Source: a virus
Lineage: Duplodnaviria > Heunggongvirae > Uroviricota > Caudoviricetes
Reading direction: 5' to 3' (one strand)
DNA length: 64,000 bases
Virus record (IMG/VR): IMGVR_UViG_2630968876_000001
Location: 1 to 64,000 of that record
The position numbers and the translations under genes were made by a program. This document shows, in pieces, positions 45,001-54,276 of the stretch (position 1 is its first letter; every line of letters starts with the position of its first letter). Below the pieces are notes generated by a model. That model worked only from the letters and a program-made list of their open reading frames with translations, ran no database searches and was not told the DNA's origin.

Positions 45001-45412
45001 ACAGATCCTGCGCAAAGACGCGCGCGGCCTTAACGGCGGAATCGCGGTTAACCTGCTCTGTCACAGTGCCGACTTTGTAGTTCGCCTCCAGCACAATGCG
45101 CGTGGTTTTGCCCGCCACCACAGGCAGCGTGAGATCCGCCAGATGCTGTACCGTGATCTGGTGCGCGTTCACGTCAATGGAGGCGGCGCCCTGCCCGTCC
45201 TCCGCCCCTTTTGAGGTGACGACAACATTCAGCCCGGTCCCGGCAACCGGCGAGAAGCCCAGGTAAAAGCCGGGGCGCACCACACCTTTTAACTTCCGGT
45301 TAAGCGCGGAACTGGTGTAGGTCTCCAGGTACTGCATATCCGCCGACAGCGGCGCGGAGCCATACGCATAGCCTGACATAACGCCTACGTCGGTAATTTC
45401 GTTATCAGTCAT
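42032..45412 (-). CDS. tail fiber protein (P1 S / Mu S / P2 H type), 1126 aa, with C-terminal phage tail-collar-type receptor-binding region
   Basis: Conserved N-terminal MTDNEITDVGVMSGYAYGSAPLSADMQYLETYTSSALNRKLKGVVRPGFY. C-terminal ...IPYGWLLCNGAKFSASDYPELARAYPNLTLPDLRGEFIRGADNGRGVDNGR matches the tail-fiber collar motif. Confidence 0.88.
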   Translation of the reverse strand: MTDNEITDVGVMSGYAYGSAPLSADMQYLETYTSSALNRKLKGVVRPGFYLGFSPVAGTGLNVVVTSKGAEDGQGAASIDVNAHQITVQHLADLTLPVVAGKTTRIVLEANYKVGTVTEQVNRDSAVKAARVFAQDLSVALAPNQLELCRVLVPTGTTQVTQAMIVTNYRINRQVGITLDSVNDSDDELIAANLKGLKILKALIDNNMVSANNGSDIEDKALFRQNIELDQVTNDKQLKAAQNLGDLPDVPEARKHLGLGTAALANVQQSPTDNTAGALMAVGAFGLGAASAVLDSKITSLSNIVVTRLSAFWTLSGSFTDGPVELGKAPLALSGQLINMRRSYDAGASLVQLLAAQNGTVYIRTAGGGNGSWAWHGLTSGADANGWRKQMDTASMTLTDLLNLGAARAGWNNDITSLNSLTDINTAKVRLAKNLEVNSQIQAGFRIGVIRSEPSTPVMTFVRTDQPEDTPTAYDTDVMNIFGRLASTTTDTWGGRVLGSITITNMTHGGGQLALDARARSGATTARFVLNSGDGTATLQGSGGLSLVGGGGLRSDGAGLFSADQVALQLKPSTKDKAYYLRGRKSDDTLHWYLGQSVDNTDTVTWGNSIPNTWISLSADGTGDINVSTMKFRGGASVAGSLTVAAGADFTGPVTVLAKGSTAIGDLTGAAMVVNGSNGDGSQGITVNSFSPALALIDRTTNNPSYRWRTYGTNLLLEADNRDNGKTWSKYCAAFGSRGQLSVGLGAGASASRLLTLGNGVAGNGNLTGTTQLVAMAYANIGADATERAIGFGTEVTFGDGKTAHTLNDAVEFWANSGTVNSTTKISNFSSFRAYDKASENILSAAAFDGRLNERPGVNRWNLYLQGTAPNYLRGQTIIGSTDTSLPDSDIGLVVRSSALFTGPVQFSSELTVKAPGITSLLNFGCAANDVYMGNATTKKFLRLVNDGSLQYDNQRVYHEGYKPTLEALNLPAGIPLPWPSDEIPYGWLLCNGAKFSASDYPELARAYPNLTLPDLRGEFIRGADNGRGVDNGRQVMTWQAATLVENWGIAKRTDGNFTLVTRPVGTVLDNYSSNYYTQDHDGRESLASTSAHYPGTTLVPTGLGGGTGFRVRPRNIAFNYIVRAA

Positions 45413-45417
45413 GTGCG

Positions 45418-45861
45418 TTACGCCGTTTTCTGTTCAATGGTAACCAGCAGGTTATAGGCCTTGCCGCGAAATACCGTGTCCTGCTGCAGACAAAGCACGG
45501 CAAAGGCGTTGCCGTCTGCATCCACCAGCGTCAGTGTATTAAGGTCATAGGCCTTGTCAGCGGCAAGCTCTGACTCGTTAAGCTGGATAGAGACAGAGAT
45601 TTCCGCGCCCGTGCTGGTCAGGATCAGCGGCGTCTCAGTAAACTTGCCGGACAGGTTGGCATTGCTGAAGGTGGAAGGAATATCCGCAATGTTCCAGCCG
45701 CCGGCAGCATTACTGGTGACCAGCGCAGACTTGCCCCAGTAGGCTTTGACCATCTGGAAGCGGTTTCCCTTGCCGATGGATGATTCAGCGCGACGGATGT
45801 AGTAGTAGTCCAGCAGCTTCGCCTTAAACAGCTTGCTGCTGACGGAGATGGTATCAGCCAT
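45418..45861 (-). CDS. tail-fiber-associated structural protein (gpR-like position), 147 aa
   Basis: Immediately upstream of the tail fiber gene with a late-motif promoter upstream. Confidence 0.4.
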   Translation of the reverse strand: MADTISVSSKLFKAKLLDYYYIRRAESSIGKGNRFQMVKAYWGKSALVTSNAAGGWNIADIPSTFSNANLSGKFTETPLILTSTGAEISVSIQLNESELAADKAYDLNTLTLVDADGNAFAVLCLQQDTVFRGKAYNLLVTIEQKTA

Positions 45862-45897
45862 AAAAAAGCCTCTCAGAGTTAAGAGGCCAGAGGGTAA

Positions 45898-45918
45898 GGA
45901 GTTTGTAAAATCCGCAGG
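45898..45918 (-). promoter_or_regulatory. late-promoter-like motif (GGAGTTTGTAAAATCCGC) ~40 bp upstream of the tail-fiber operon, next to a hairpin (45869-45891)
   Basis: Motif family member; hairpin gcctct-cagagtta-agaggc just upstream suggests a terminator/promoter junction. Confidence 0.35.
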
Positions 45919-45922
45919 TCAA

Positions 45923-47014
45923 CTATGAGACAAATTGCTCGTAAAAAAGCATTGTAACCGTGCTGGTGTCGCTGCCGTCCGCGGGCAGCGCCAGAATAAA
46001 CTCCGGCGTCCCATCGAAGGGAAACGCCACTGTTTCACTGCTGCCGTCGTCACGCGTGACCGTAACGCCCTGATAGTCACCCTTCAGGATAGCGATGTAC
46101 TCCACGCCTTCCTCCGTAAATAACCGGGCGCGGCTGTCACCGCCGGCGCTGGTAATAACAACCGGCGCCGGAGCGGCGTCCGGTTTGTTCTGGTAGTCAT
46201 TCCACCAGGCATCAGCAGGTAGCGCGTCATAGCGCTTAACGTAGCGCGCTTCTCTGACGGGCTCAGGAGACATGACATGCAGCTGTTGTGACGTCATGTG
46301 CAGCGTCTTTATTTCCGATTGCAGATCGGCGTAGGACATTTTGGCCCGGTAGTCGATACCGGCACTAATCAGCCGCACGCGCTCTGAATCAGCGGTAAGT
46401 TCAAACGAGATAAACAGTGCCACGCCGTCAAACACAATATGCAGCGGCAGCAGCGGCTCAATGATCTGGTCAAACTGGCTCAGCAGTTTGTTAACCGCCT
46501 CCGTCTGCTCCACGTAGCCATAGCGCTCGTACAATTCGTTAAGCGCCACCGAAATTTGGGCGCGAGACGTCAGAAAGAACTCGCCATACTGCTCCTGCGC
46601 AACCTCCACGCCCTCTTTTGTGGTGAAAAATGAGCCGTAAGGTGCTTTCTCCTGGTCCACCGGTGCATAAAGCGGTTGCCAGGTCACGGGCAGGTTATCG
46701 AACTCGCGCCAGAACGTTGATGTGATCGGCTTATCGGTACCCTTAAAATGCACTTCGTCCAGGCGCTGCGCCAGCAAAACCGGCCTGCTGGTGTCCGTGG
46801 TTTCCGCCACGACAAAAAAGCGGCCATACTCGCTCATGCGCAGCGTCAGATCGTCTTTGTCCATCGTGAAATAGCTTTTGCGGTTGGTAATGCGTTCAAG
46901 CGTTGGCTCTACCGCCTGCTCAAATACTGACTGCAGGATATTTGCAAAGCCCGACCACAGCTCTGACGTGCTTTTCTCTTTAGTGAGCCGGTCTTTTACC
47001 CAGTTTCTGATCAT
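45923..47014 (-). CDS. baseplate-associated protein, 363 aa
   Basis: Position between the baseplate J-like gene and the tail fibre operon. Confidence 0.4.
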   Translation of the reverse strand: MIRNWVKDRLTKEKSTSELWSGFANILQSVFEQAVEPTLERITNRKSYFTMDKDDLTLRMSEYGRFFVVAETTDTSRPVLLAQRLDEVHFKGTDKPITSTFWREFDNLPVTWQPLYAPVDQEKAPYGSFFTTKEGVEVAQEQYGEFFLTSRAQISVALNELYERYGYVEQTEAVNKLLSQFDQIIEPLLPLHIVFDGVALFISFELTADSERVRLISAGIDYRAKMSYADLQSEIKTLHMTSQQLHVMSPEPVREARYVKRYDALPADAWWNDYQNKPDAAPAPVVITSAGGDSRARLFTEEGVEYIAILKGDYQGVTVTRDDGSSETVAFPFDGTPEFILALPADGSDTSTVTMLFYEQFVS

Positions 47015-47023
47015 GGCTCAGCC

Positions 47024-48457
47024 TCAGAGATAGTTAATTTCGATGCTGGAGTTAGCAACGTCGAGATAGATAAAGTCATTCAGCTGCACGGCAGTTTTCA
47101 GATTGTTTGTCTGCACGTCATAGGAGATAAACAGATCAAGCTCCTCAATGACGCGCCACAGGTCTTTTACCTGCACCTGCGCAAACTGTTTGCCGGCGGC
47201 GACATCACTCTGATAGCTGTCGCCAAACGTAGTCGCGTCGCGCCCGAATTGCGCTTCCAGCAGCTTCTGCACCTCGTCTTTCGCATCAGAAATAATGACG
47301 TTCTTCTTCGCCACGGCGTTAATGCTTACCGTGAAAGGCTCCTCCTGCGTGCGCACGTAGCGGAAGGTTTTATTCAGCTCGTTGGGTACCGACAGGACGG
47401 CGGTCATGATCAGTTCTTCGAGCTCTGCCTGTGTATACCCCGGCTTATGGCCACAAAAGAAAATCGTGTTGATGTTGGAGAGCGATTTAACGCCGGTTGA
47501 CTGCTCCTGCTCCTTTTCGCCCCAGGCGCTGATCCACGACATACCCGGCACTTTGCGATTCAGGAAGTATTTGTAATCACCGCCCCATACAACCTGCTCA
47601 TCATAGGTAACGTAGTACTGCGCCCGGTTGCGGGTCTCCTCGGTTGATTCAAAACCGCTGCCACCGGTGATCGGCGTCATAGTCACCACCTCAATTTTGC
47701 TGCTCATATCGGCAATGTTGCCCGCCGGCGTCAGCTTCTGGCCCTGCGTCAGCGTGGTATCGCCCCGGCTGCACCAGACGTCCAGATCGACTTTGCTGCC
47801 GGTTGTTGGCATTTTGCCGATTGCACCGTCGCCAAAGCGAACGCCCAGCTGTTCGGACGGCTTATAGACCATCACATAATGCTTACTGGAGCCGCGCGAC
47901 AGGCGAAACAACGGATTATTTGTCCACTGCGTTTTGTCCTCGTTTTCCGTTACAAAAACGTCGAGTGAAACGGCCTCCTCGGTAATGTCACGCGGCAGCA
48001 TAACCGTGTAAAACGCCGATTCAGCCTCAATGGTGGTGGACACGTTGACGTACTCCATCTGGCGCACGTCATTCACCGTCACGCTTTTACCTGCGGGGAT
48101 ATGAATCACGTCGGTTGTGACGTAGGGCAGCTGCGCCAGCGACAGTAATTCTGCATAAATCGGCAGCTGAATATCCTGATCCGTTTTATTGGTGATCTTC
48201 ACGCTGCCCCAGGACGGCGTGATTAAGTGGCCAATGTAGTTACGATCTTCGGCTGCGGCCAGAATGCTCGATCGCTTCGTTGCCGTGGAGATAAAGCCCT
48301 CAGTCAGCCCGCGTTCGGCGGTGCTCTGCGCGGCGTAAATGATTTGCGCGCCAAACACGGCCATCATCTGAATGAACTGGCTATTGGTAAACTTTCTCCA
48401 CCAGCTGTTGCTCTGCAGCAGCCCGTTAAATTTGTCCTGTAATGCCTGAATGTTCAC
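47024..48457 (-). CDS. baseplate J-like protein, 477 aa
   Basis: Size and position after the gpW-like gene and before the fibre genes. Confidence 0.45.
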   Translation of the reverse strand: MNIQALQDKFNGLLQSNSWWRKFTNSQFIQMMAVFGAQIIYAAQSTAERGLTEGFISTATKRSSILAAAEDRNYIGHLITPSWGSVKITNKTDQDIQLPIYAELLSLAQLPYVTTDVIHIPAGKSVTVNDVRQMEYVNVSTTIEAESAFYTVMLPRDITEEAVSLDVFVTENEDKTQWTNNPLFRLSRGSSKHYVMVYKPSEQLGVRFGDGAIGKMPTTGSKVDLDVWCSRGDTTLTQGQKLTPAGNIADMSSKIEVVTMTPITGGSGFESTEETRNRAQYYVTYDEQVVWGGDYKYFLNRKVPGMSWISAWGEKEQEQSTGVKSLSNINTIFFCGHKPGYTQAELEELIMTAVLSVPNELNKTFRYVRTQEEPFTVSINAVAKKNVIISDAKDEVQKLLEAQFGRDATTFGDSYQSDVAAGKQFAQVQVKDLWRVIEELDLFISYDVQTNNLKTAVQLNDFIYLDVANSSIEINYL

Positions 48458-48469
48458 GATATTCCCCGG

Positions 48470-48829
48470 TTAACTTTTGTTCATGGACACGGCCAGCGTG
48501 CCGTTTGATGTGACGAATGTGATTTGCCAGGTATCAACGTTCTCCGGGGCGCAGCGGATGGCGCGTAACCCCAGCCCCGGCAGATCGATACGCAGCTTGC
48601 GCAGCAGCGCCGCTTCTATGGCGACTTCGGTTAAATGGCCGGTCTCCGATCCGACTGGCTCATGTTTGTAGTCCTGCATGGTGTTCCCCCAGCCAGGCAG
48701 GCCATAGACGCTGCCCTGCGGGGTTCTCAGCCACTCCTCAAGGCGGGCAAGCCACGCCTGAGAATCGCCCTCTTTCAGCACGACGCCGCCCTCATCCACG
48801 CGCATCAGGCAGTCAATTTCGTTTTGCAT
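48470..48829 (-). CDS. baseplate wedge protein (gpW/gp25-like), 119 aa
   Basis: Size and position immediately after the tape measure gene. Confidence 0.45.
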   Translation of the reverse strand: MQNEIDCLMRVDEGGVVLKEGDSQAWLARLEEWLRTPQGSVYGLPGWGNTMQDYKHEPVGSETGHLTEVAIEAALLRKLRIDLPGLGLRAIRCAPENVDTWQITFVTSNGTLAVSMNKS

Positions 48830-48832
48830 GCG

Positions 48833-51800
48833 TTAGTCCCTCAGTAATTCGTTGAGCGCCGGATCGCTGATGCTCAGCGACGACGACTGGCGCGGCGCCG
48901 GCTGCGCGGTATTGACCACTTTATCCGGTGCTTCTTCGCCTTTTTTCTTGGTGACGCCCAGCAGCGCCTCCAGCTGCGTGCGCATGGCTTTCAGCTCTTT
49001 GAGCATGTCTGAATCCTGACCGGCGCTGTCGCCCTTCATCATCGGACGCATGCCGCTGGCGCCTAAATCAGTGACGTTCGGGATTTGTGCCGGGTGACTC
49101 AGCAGCGGCTGCTGCGGTGCGGAACGTGCCGGGGATGCGCTGCCGCCTGCAAAAAATGACTGGCCGGCGCTGGCCAGCGACTCTATGCCGCTGTCCAGAA
49201 AACCACCCGCTTTGCTGGTGAGCGGTGACACGGCGCTGAGAATCCCCGGATCGGTTATGCCCGCCTGACCCAGCACGCCGCTTATCATGTCGTTACCGCT
49301 GAAGCCTCCCAGCGTCTGGCTGAAGGTGTCGCCCAGGGCAGGCATGACGGCAGAGCCAACGGCTTTTACCCCGTCCATCGCGCCACCCATCATGCGATCA
49401 AAAAATCCGGCTTCTGCTGCAGGCTGTGCCGGCGCGCTGTCAGCCGCCATAGCCCTGTTGATGACCTGCTCTTTCGCCGCATTAACAACACTGCCGGACG
49501 TGGCAGAGTTCGGACGGACGCGGGCGCGGCCAAACGATGCGCCTGACGTAGCGACAGGACGTGAGCGCGTGGCAATCTGGCCCGGTGAGAGCGCCGCCAT
49601 CTGCAGGCCAGCCGGAAGCGAGTCACCCGCCGGCAGTGAGAGGCCGCTGGTTGGCCGGTTGCGGGCCAAACCTTCCACGCCCAGTGATTCAGCAGCGCCC
49701 TGTAACTTTCCGTCAGCCCACTGGTTAAGGCCTTTCACGCCGCCCCAGGCGGACGACGCACTCTGTTTGATGTTGTCGGTTAAGCCCGTGGCAGGTTTGT
49801 CTTTGTCAGATTTCGCGGCGGCGGCGGCAACCTGTGAGCCGGTTGGCGCAGCGGGCGCATTTACCACGACGGCAGGTGCGGCCTGGACGGGTGCGGCAGC
49901 GGGTGCCGCTGCGCCAGGCGTTACTTTTACTTTGTCGCCGGCCGAATAAAGCGAATCAGCGGCAACGGGTGCCAGCCCCTGCTTTGTCCGCGCTTCGTTT
50001 ACCGATTTCAGGGATTCATCGCTGAATTTGCCCCCTACCCACTTGCCGTTTTCATTGTGGCCAATGGCATTCATCATGAAGTCATTCGTCACCTGCGGGT
50101 TTCCGCCCTCAATGGTGGCGATACCCCGCATCATCTGCGTCATGACTTTGGGATCTTTGAGGTCAAGCTGCTGATTGCTTTTCACACCCAGCTTTTTAGA
50201 GAGTGAATCGACGTAATTCGACGTGTCATTTTCACTCTGCGGGGCATACAGCTTGATAATGTCCTCAACGGTATTGAGCTTCTTGTAACCGGCAGCTTTA
50301 GAGGTGCCTTCGGAATAGCTGGTAAGCTGGTTGGCCAGCGCCCTGAAACCTTCCTCCGGCGTGTTGAATTTCGCAAAGCGCGCCTCGCCTTTGGCGTTCT
50401 TCGCTTCCAGGCTTGCGCCCTCCTGCCCGACAAAATTCAGGTTGCCAAAATTGTTGTTGCGGAAGGATCGGGTTTTCGCGTTGGCGCCGCCGATGTTGAG
50501 ATCCGCGCCGATGCTGTTTTTCGCCACGTCGGCATAGTCAGCCGTGCTTTTACCCTGCGCACCTACGCCATCCTCACCCCATGTGCCACCCTGCAGCTGT
50601 GAGCCCAGCCGGTTGATCGCCGTAACGGTTTTCTCGGTCCCGTCCGTGATCGCCTTCGTCTGCTCAGCGCTGGTGCCGGTGAGCTTGTCATAGGCGCTGA
50701 CGGCGCTGGTGGAAAACGAGGTGAACACGTCGCCTACCTTGCTCAGCCCCGAATCCAGCCCCTTAGCGATATCCCCGGTGTCAAACGTCAGCGCCTTAGC
50801 CGCACCATCCATACCCAGCGCGCTCGCGCCCTTCGCCAGCAACCCGGCGCCGCCCGACAGCAGCCCGCCCATGTTCAGCACGTTAGCAGCGGTGTATTCG
50901 CCTTTCTGTCTGCCGCTGACAGCCTGATTCTCTTTCAGGCCGAACGCCTTTTTCTGGCCGTCGGTATCGTGAAAGCCTTCATAGGCGTCCATTCCCGCAC
51001 CTATTGCGGTACCCACCAGCGGGATCGCTTTCAGCGCGGTTTTTCCGGCGACCTTCCCGGCCACTTTAAGACCACCTTTCTCAGCGGTTTGCTCAGCGGC
51101 AGCGGCAGCGGCTTTCTCAGATACGGCAATGCCCTCTTTAGCTGCTACCTTGCCTGCGGTATCTGTAGCGGCTTTAGCTCCTTCCTTTGCGGCGGTTTCG
51201 CCTGCTGCTTTCGTACTGGCAAGCACGGTTGCGCCGGTGGCCGCTGTTGCAGCTGCAGCGCCAGCGCCGGCAACGGTTGCCGCTTTTTTGCCGCCTTTCA
51301 GGGCTTCCATTGCCTTTGTCAGCAGGCTTTTCTTCTTAGGCTCAGGCCGGGTTTTTTCCCCATGAGGCTTCTTCTTGCCGTCCGGCAGCAGATCGCCTGC
51401 GGTATCAAGCGCCCCTGCAGCGGCAGTAAGCGCACCACGCTTGCGCCCGCGGGAGCGTCGTTTACGCCTGCCGGGTATGAGCGAGTCCAGCAGCCCGCCG
51501 TCTTTGCCACCCGACGCATGCGCGAGCTTTTTGATTTCGTCGCGCACGTCGTCCAGGCCGCTGATGATACGATCGTCATTGGCGGCAAGTATTTTGGTTT
51601 GCTCCTGCGTGACCTGTACGGCCTTTGCCTGCTGCGCGCTCTTATAGCCATCAGCTGATTTTGGCTTGCCGACGGCCGGCGGCTGCTTCGCTGCTGCGGT
51701 AACTGGCGGGTGCGTCACCGGCGGTTCAATTTTCAGCGCGGCGTTGCCTTCGGTTTTTCCCTGCATGAAGTTTTTCAGCGAGACGACGTTTTTACCGACT

Positions 51801-52660
51801 TCGGCGGAAATGTCGTACATGCCTTTACCCATCATCCAGAGCGGCCCCCCTGCGGCGGTACCGGCAATGTCTGTCCCTGATGACATGGCATCGCTGTTTG
51901 TTTCAGTAGCAGATTTCATCATGCTGGTTAGCGATCGGTAAAAGCCCTGCTGCTGCTTATGCTCGGCGCGACGGGCATTTTTCTCCTGCTGCGCAGCCGA
52001 TGCATCACCTGACTCAGTGCGCGATTTGAAGCGTCCGTTAGCGTCCCGGTTGGACTGCCCCTCAGCCTGCGGATCAGAATTTTTAGCCGCGGAATCACGG
52101 GCTGCAGGCGCACTGTTTCCTGCTAAATTTGTGCCGCTATTTATGCGCGTAATTCTATTTTTATGCCCCGATTGTTGCTTAATTTTTTCATTTTTTTGTC
52201 TTTCATTACGTCTAAATTCTGAAAGCGTTACTATATTGTCGTTATCAGACACATTGACGCGCGATTTTTTGACGGATGATCTGACTTTTTTATCACCTGA
52301 ATTTTCATTTTTGTGATTAATTTTATCATTTGTATTATTTGTGGATTTTCCTCTCTCTTTTTTATCTTTTCCTGCGTCATTTTTTGGCAGTTTTTTCTCA
52401 TTCTCACTACCTGAAGTCCGCTGTGAAAGGGATCGCCTTACCGTTAACCCGTCCGTATCTTTACTGCTTTTTTCTGTTATTTTTCCAGCATTATTCAGCA
52501 GGGCGCGCCTGATTATCGCCAGTTCTTTCAGTTCCTCGCGGCTGGCATGCTCTATGGCTGAAATTATTTGTGAAAATTCTTCTACGTTTTTCATTCCGAT
52601 CCGCCCCGGCTCCTTTGCAGTTGGTCGATAAGCGTTTTGTTCATCTGGATTGCCCGCCAT
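48833..52660 (-). CDS. sit: tail tape measure protein (Sit-like), 1275 aa, with K/N-rich N-terminal insertion, G/A-rich repeats and a conserved putative peptidoglycan-hydrolase-like region
   Basis: Extensive AxxA/GxxG low-complexity repeats. Conserved block FRNNNFGNLNFVGQEGASLEAKNAKGEARFAKFNTPEEGFRALANQL...YAPQSENDTSNYVDSL. Location between the chaperone-like and baseplate genes. Confidence 0.72.
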   Translation of the reverse strand: MAGNPDEQNAYRPTAKEPGRIGMKNVEEFSQIISAIEHASREELKELAIIRRALLNNAGKITEKSSKDTDGLTVRRSLSQRTSGSENEKKLPKNDAGKDKKERGKSTNNTNDKINHKNENSGDKKVRSSVKKSRVNVSDNDNIVTLSEFRRNERQKNEKIKQQSGHKNRITRINSGTNLAGNSAPAARDSAAKNSDPQAEGQSNRDANGRFKSRTESGDASAAQQEKNARRAEHKQQQGFYRSLTSMMKSATETNSDAMSSGTDIAGTAAGGPLWMMGKGMYDISAEVGKNVVSLKNFMQGKTEGNAALKIEPPVTHPPVTAAAKQPPAVGKPKSADGYKSAQQAKAVQVTQEQTKILAANDDRIISGLDDVRDEIKKLAHASGGKDGGLLDSLIPGRRKRRSRGRKRGALTAAAGALDTAGDLLPDGKKKPHGEKTRPEPKKKSLLTKAMEALKGGKKAATVAGAGAAAATAATGATVLASTKAAGETAAKEGAKAATDTAGKVAAKEGIAVSEKAAAAAAEQTAEKGGLKVAGKVAGKTALKAIPLVGTAIGAGMDAYEGFHDTDGQKKAFGLKENQAVSGRQKGEYTAANVLNMGGLLSGGAGLLAKGASALGMDGAAKALTFDTGDIAKGLDSGLSKVGDVFTSFSTSAVSAYDKLTGTSAEQTKAITDGTEKTVTAINRLGSQLQGGTWGEDGVGAQGKSTADYADVAKNSIGADLNIGGANAKTRSFRNNNFGNLNFVGQEGASLEAKNAKGEARFAKFNTPEEGFRALANQLTSYSEGTSKAAGYKKLNTVEDIIKLYAPQSENDTSNYVDSLSKKLGVKSNQQLDLKDPKVMTQMMRGIATIEGGNPQVTNDFMMNAIGHNENGKWVGGKFSDESLKSVNEARTKQGLAPVAADSLYSAGDKVKVTPGAAAPAAAPVQAAPAVVVNAPAAPTGSQVAAAAAKSDKDKPATGLTDNIKQSASSAWGGVKGLNQWADGKLQGAAESLGVEGLARNRPTSGLSLPAGDSLPAGLQMAALSPGQIATRSRPVATSGASFGRARVRPNSATSGSVVNAAKEQVINRAMAADSAPAQPAAEAGFFDRMMGGAMDGVKAVGSAVMPALGDTFSQTLGGFSGNDMISGVLGQAGITDPGILSAVSPLTSKAGGFLDSGIESLASAGQSFFAGGSASPARSAPQQPLLSHPAQIPNVTDLGASGMRPMMKGDSAGQDSDMLKELKAMRTQLEALLGVTKKKGEEAPDKVVNTAQPAPRQSSSLSISDPALNELLRD

Positions 52661-52714
52661 AGCGGCAGGGCATCCACGTCACTGACAGGCTGGCGCGCAA
52701 CCAGCGTCAGGTTG

Positions 52715-53533
52715 TCAATGATGGTTAGCCATCCACTGAGTTGAAAATTTCGGAATAAATAATCCAGAGCGAAAGGGGATAAACAGTTGAGTGGTGTTCA
52801 TCTGCATGCCCTCCTTTTCGCATGGTGTTGGCGGAAGCAGCAGGCGCACCTGACCCTGTGTGATCTGCATGCGCAGACCGTGACGCAGGTTTCTCTGCAT
52901 CAGCTGGATATGCGCCACCAGTGGTGCAAACTCCAGATCGGGAACCATGTTTTCCATAATGTCGAAGCGACGGTTTGCGGCAGCTTCAAAATCTTCCGGA
53001 TCGTCATCCAGCGAGGTACAGAGCGCGAACTCAGCAATGCGCATGCGTACAAGCGCTGCCTCATACTCCGGCGCGTCTGCATCCGGCAGGCTCACGCGCA
53101 GGCGCTCCAGCATCTCCTGACCGCGCCCGGTAAGCGGCTTTAGCGTCCAGCTGGTTGCCACGCCGTTGACCGGCACGCTCACGCGCTCGTATGGCTCAAT
53201 GGTCAGCAGCTCGACGGTTTCCGCCAGGTCTGACAGGTCAAAGTCGTAGGTATGCACTTCTTTGCAGTGTTCGCAGGTGTAGTGAAACGCCTCAAGGTTA
53301 TCTGCGCGGCTGTTAATCATGATCCACCAGAGCGCGGTGCGCCGTTCCTGCGCAGTCCAGTCGCGGCTGTCGCTCAGCGGGCCTTCCTGCAGGTGATTGA
53401 GGTATTCAGTCACGCGGCGTTCGTCACTGATTTCATCCGGCGTGCTGTATTTGAGCGCGTCTTTCATGACCGGCTGGCGAAACTGAATTTCGGTACCGGG
53501 ACGCGAGGCCAGGGGAAGCGGAGGAATATTCAC
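52715..53533 (-). CDS. Zn-ribbon-containing protein (YTCEHCKEVH), 272 aa; tail assembly chaperone candidate by position
   Basis: Immediately upstream of the tape measure gene; CxxC...HC motif. Confidence 0.35.
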   Translation of the reverse strand: MNIPPLPLASRPGTEIQFRQPVMKDALKYSTPDEISDERRVTEYLNHLQEGPLSDSRDWTAQERRTALWWIMINSRADNLEAFHYTCEHCKEVHTYDFDLSDLAETVELLTIEPYERVSVPVNGVATSWTLKPLTGRGQEMLERLRVSLPDADAPEYEAALVRMRIAEFALCTSLDDDPEDFEAAANRRFDIMENMVPDLEFAPLVAHIQLMQRNLRHGLRMQITQGQVRLLLPPTPCEKEGMQMNTTQLFIPFRSGLFIPKFSTQWMANHH

Positions 53534-53544
53534 GGCAGTGTCCT

Positions 53545-54267
53545 TCAGAATTTAATGAGGTTTGATACGGATGATTGAACCTGGTTTGTAATTCCTCCGG
53601 TTAATCCTTTTGCCAGTCCGTTCAGCGCGCCGCCGGCACTGGTGTACTTCACAAAAGTCACAGGGAAGGTGGCAAACTCGCCCACGGCATCGCGCGCGCG
53701 GGAGATCTCGCCAATCGTGGTAATGAAACCCTTCATTTCTTCTTCCAGTGAGGCCTGACCATCCTGCGTCACCCGGTAAATCCGGATGTTTAACAGGTAG
53801 GCAGGAGGGAGGTTAAAGGTGCCGTCGCCGTTGGATATGCGCGCCCGCTTCTCCTTGAATTTCTGCAGCAGTTCGCCGCTTTCGTTGTCGCGGAGCGTCA
53901 TGGTGACAGAGCCCGCCGTAACGTGGGTTGGCTTCACGAACTCCACGCCGCCAATCAGCTTGCTCTCGGTCTCCACGTTGTTAGCGCTGTAGGTGATATC
54001 TTTCACGTACATATCCACGCGCGAGAAGCCGTCTATTTCGATGTTCCATTGCCAGCCCTGCGCGTAGCGAATGCGCATCGCCATTTCCAGAATGGCTTTA
54101 GCACTGGAGAGCTCAGGCGGCAGGCCTGCATAAGACGCGCCACCGCCGCCGCTCATGTTTGAGGAGGCACGCGCCAGAATGTTTGATATCAGGCTACTGC
54201 CAGCCTGTCTGGCCGTACTGGAAGCCAGGCCTTTGATGTTCCCGGCCAGCCCGTCAAAAAAGCTCAT
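53545..54267 (-). CDS. tail structural protein, 240 aa
   Basis: In the tail gene block. Confidence 0.4.
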   Translation of the reverse strand: MSFFDGLAGNIKGLASSTARQAGSSLISNILARASSNMSGGGGASYAGLPPELSSAKAILEMAMRIRYAQGWQWNIEIDGFSRVDMYVKDITYSANNVETESKLIGGVEFVKPTHVTAGSVTMTLRDNESGELLQKFKEKRARISNGDGTFNLPPAYLLNIRIYRVTQDGQASLEEEMKGFITTIGEISRARDAVGEFATFPVTFVKYTSAGGALNGLAKGLTGGITNQVQSSVSNLIKF

Positions 54268-54276
54268 GCAGTCTCC

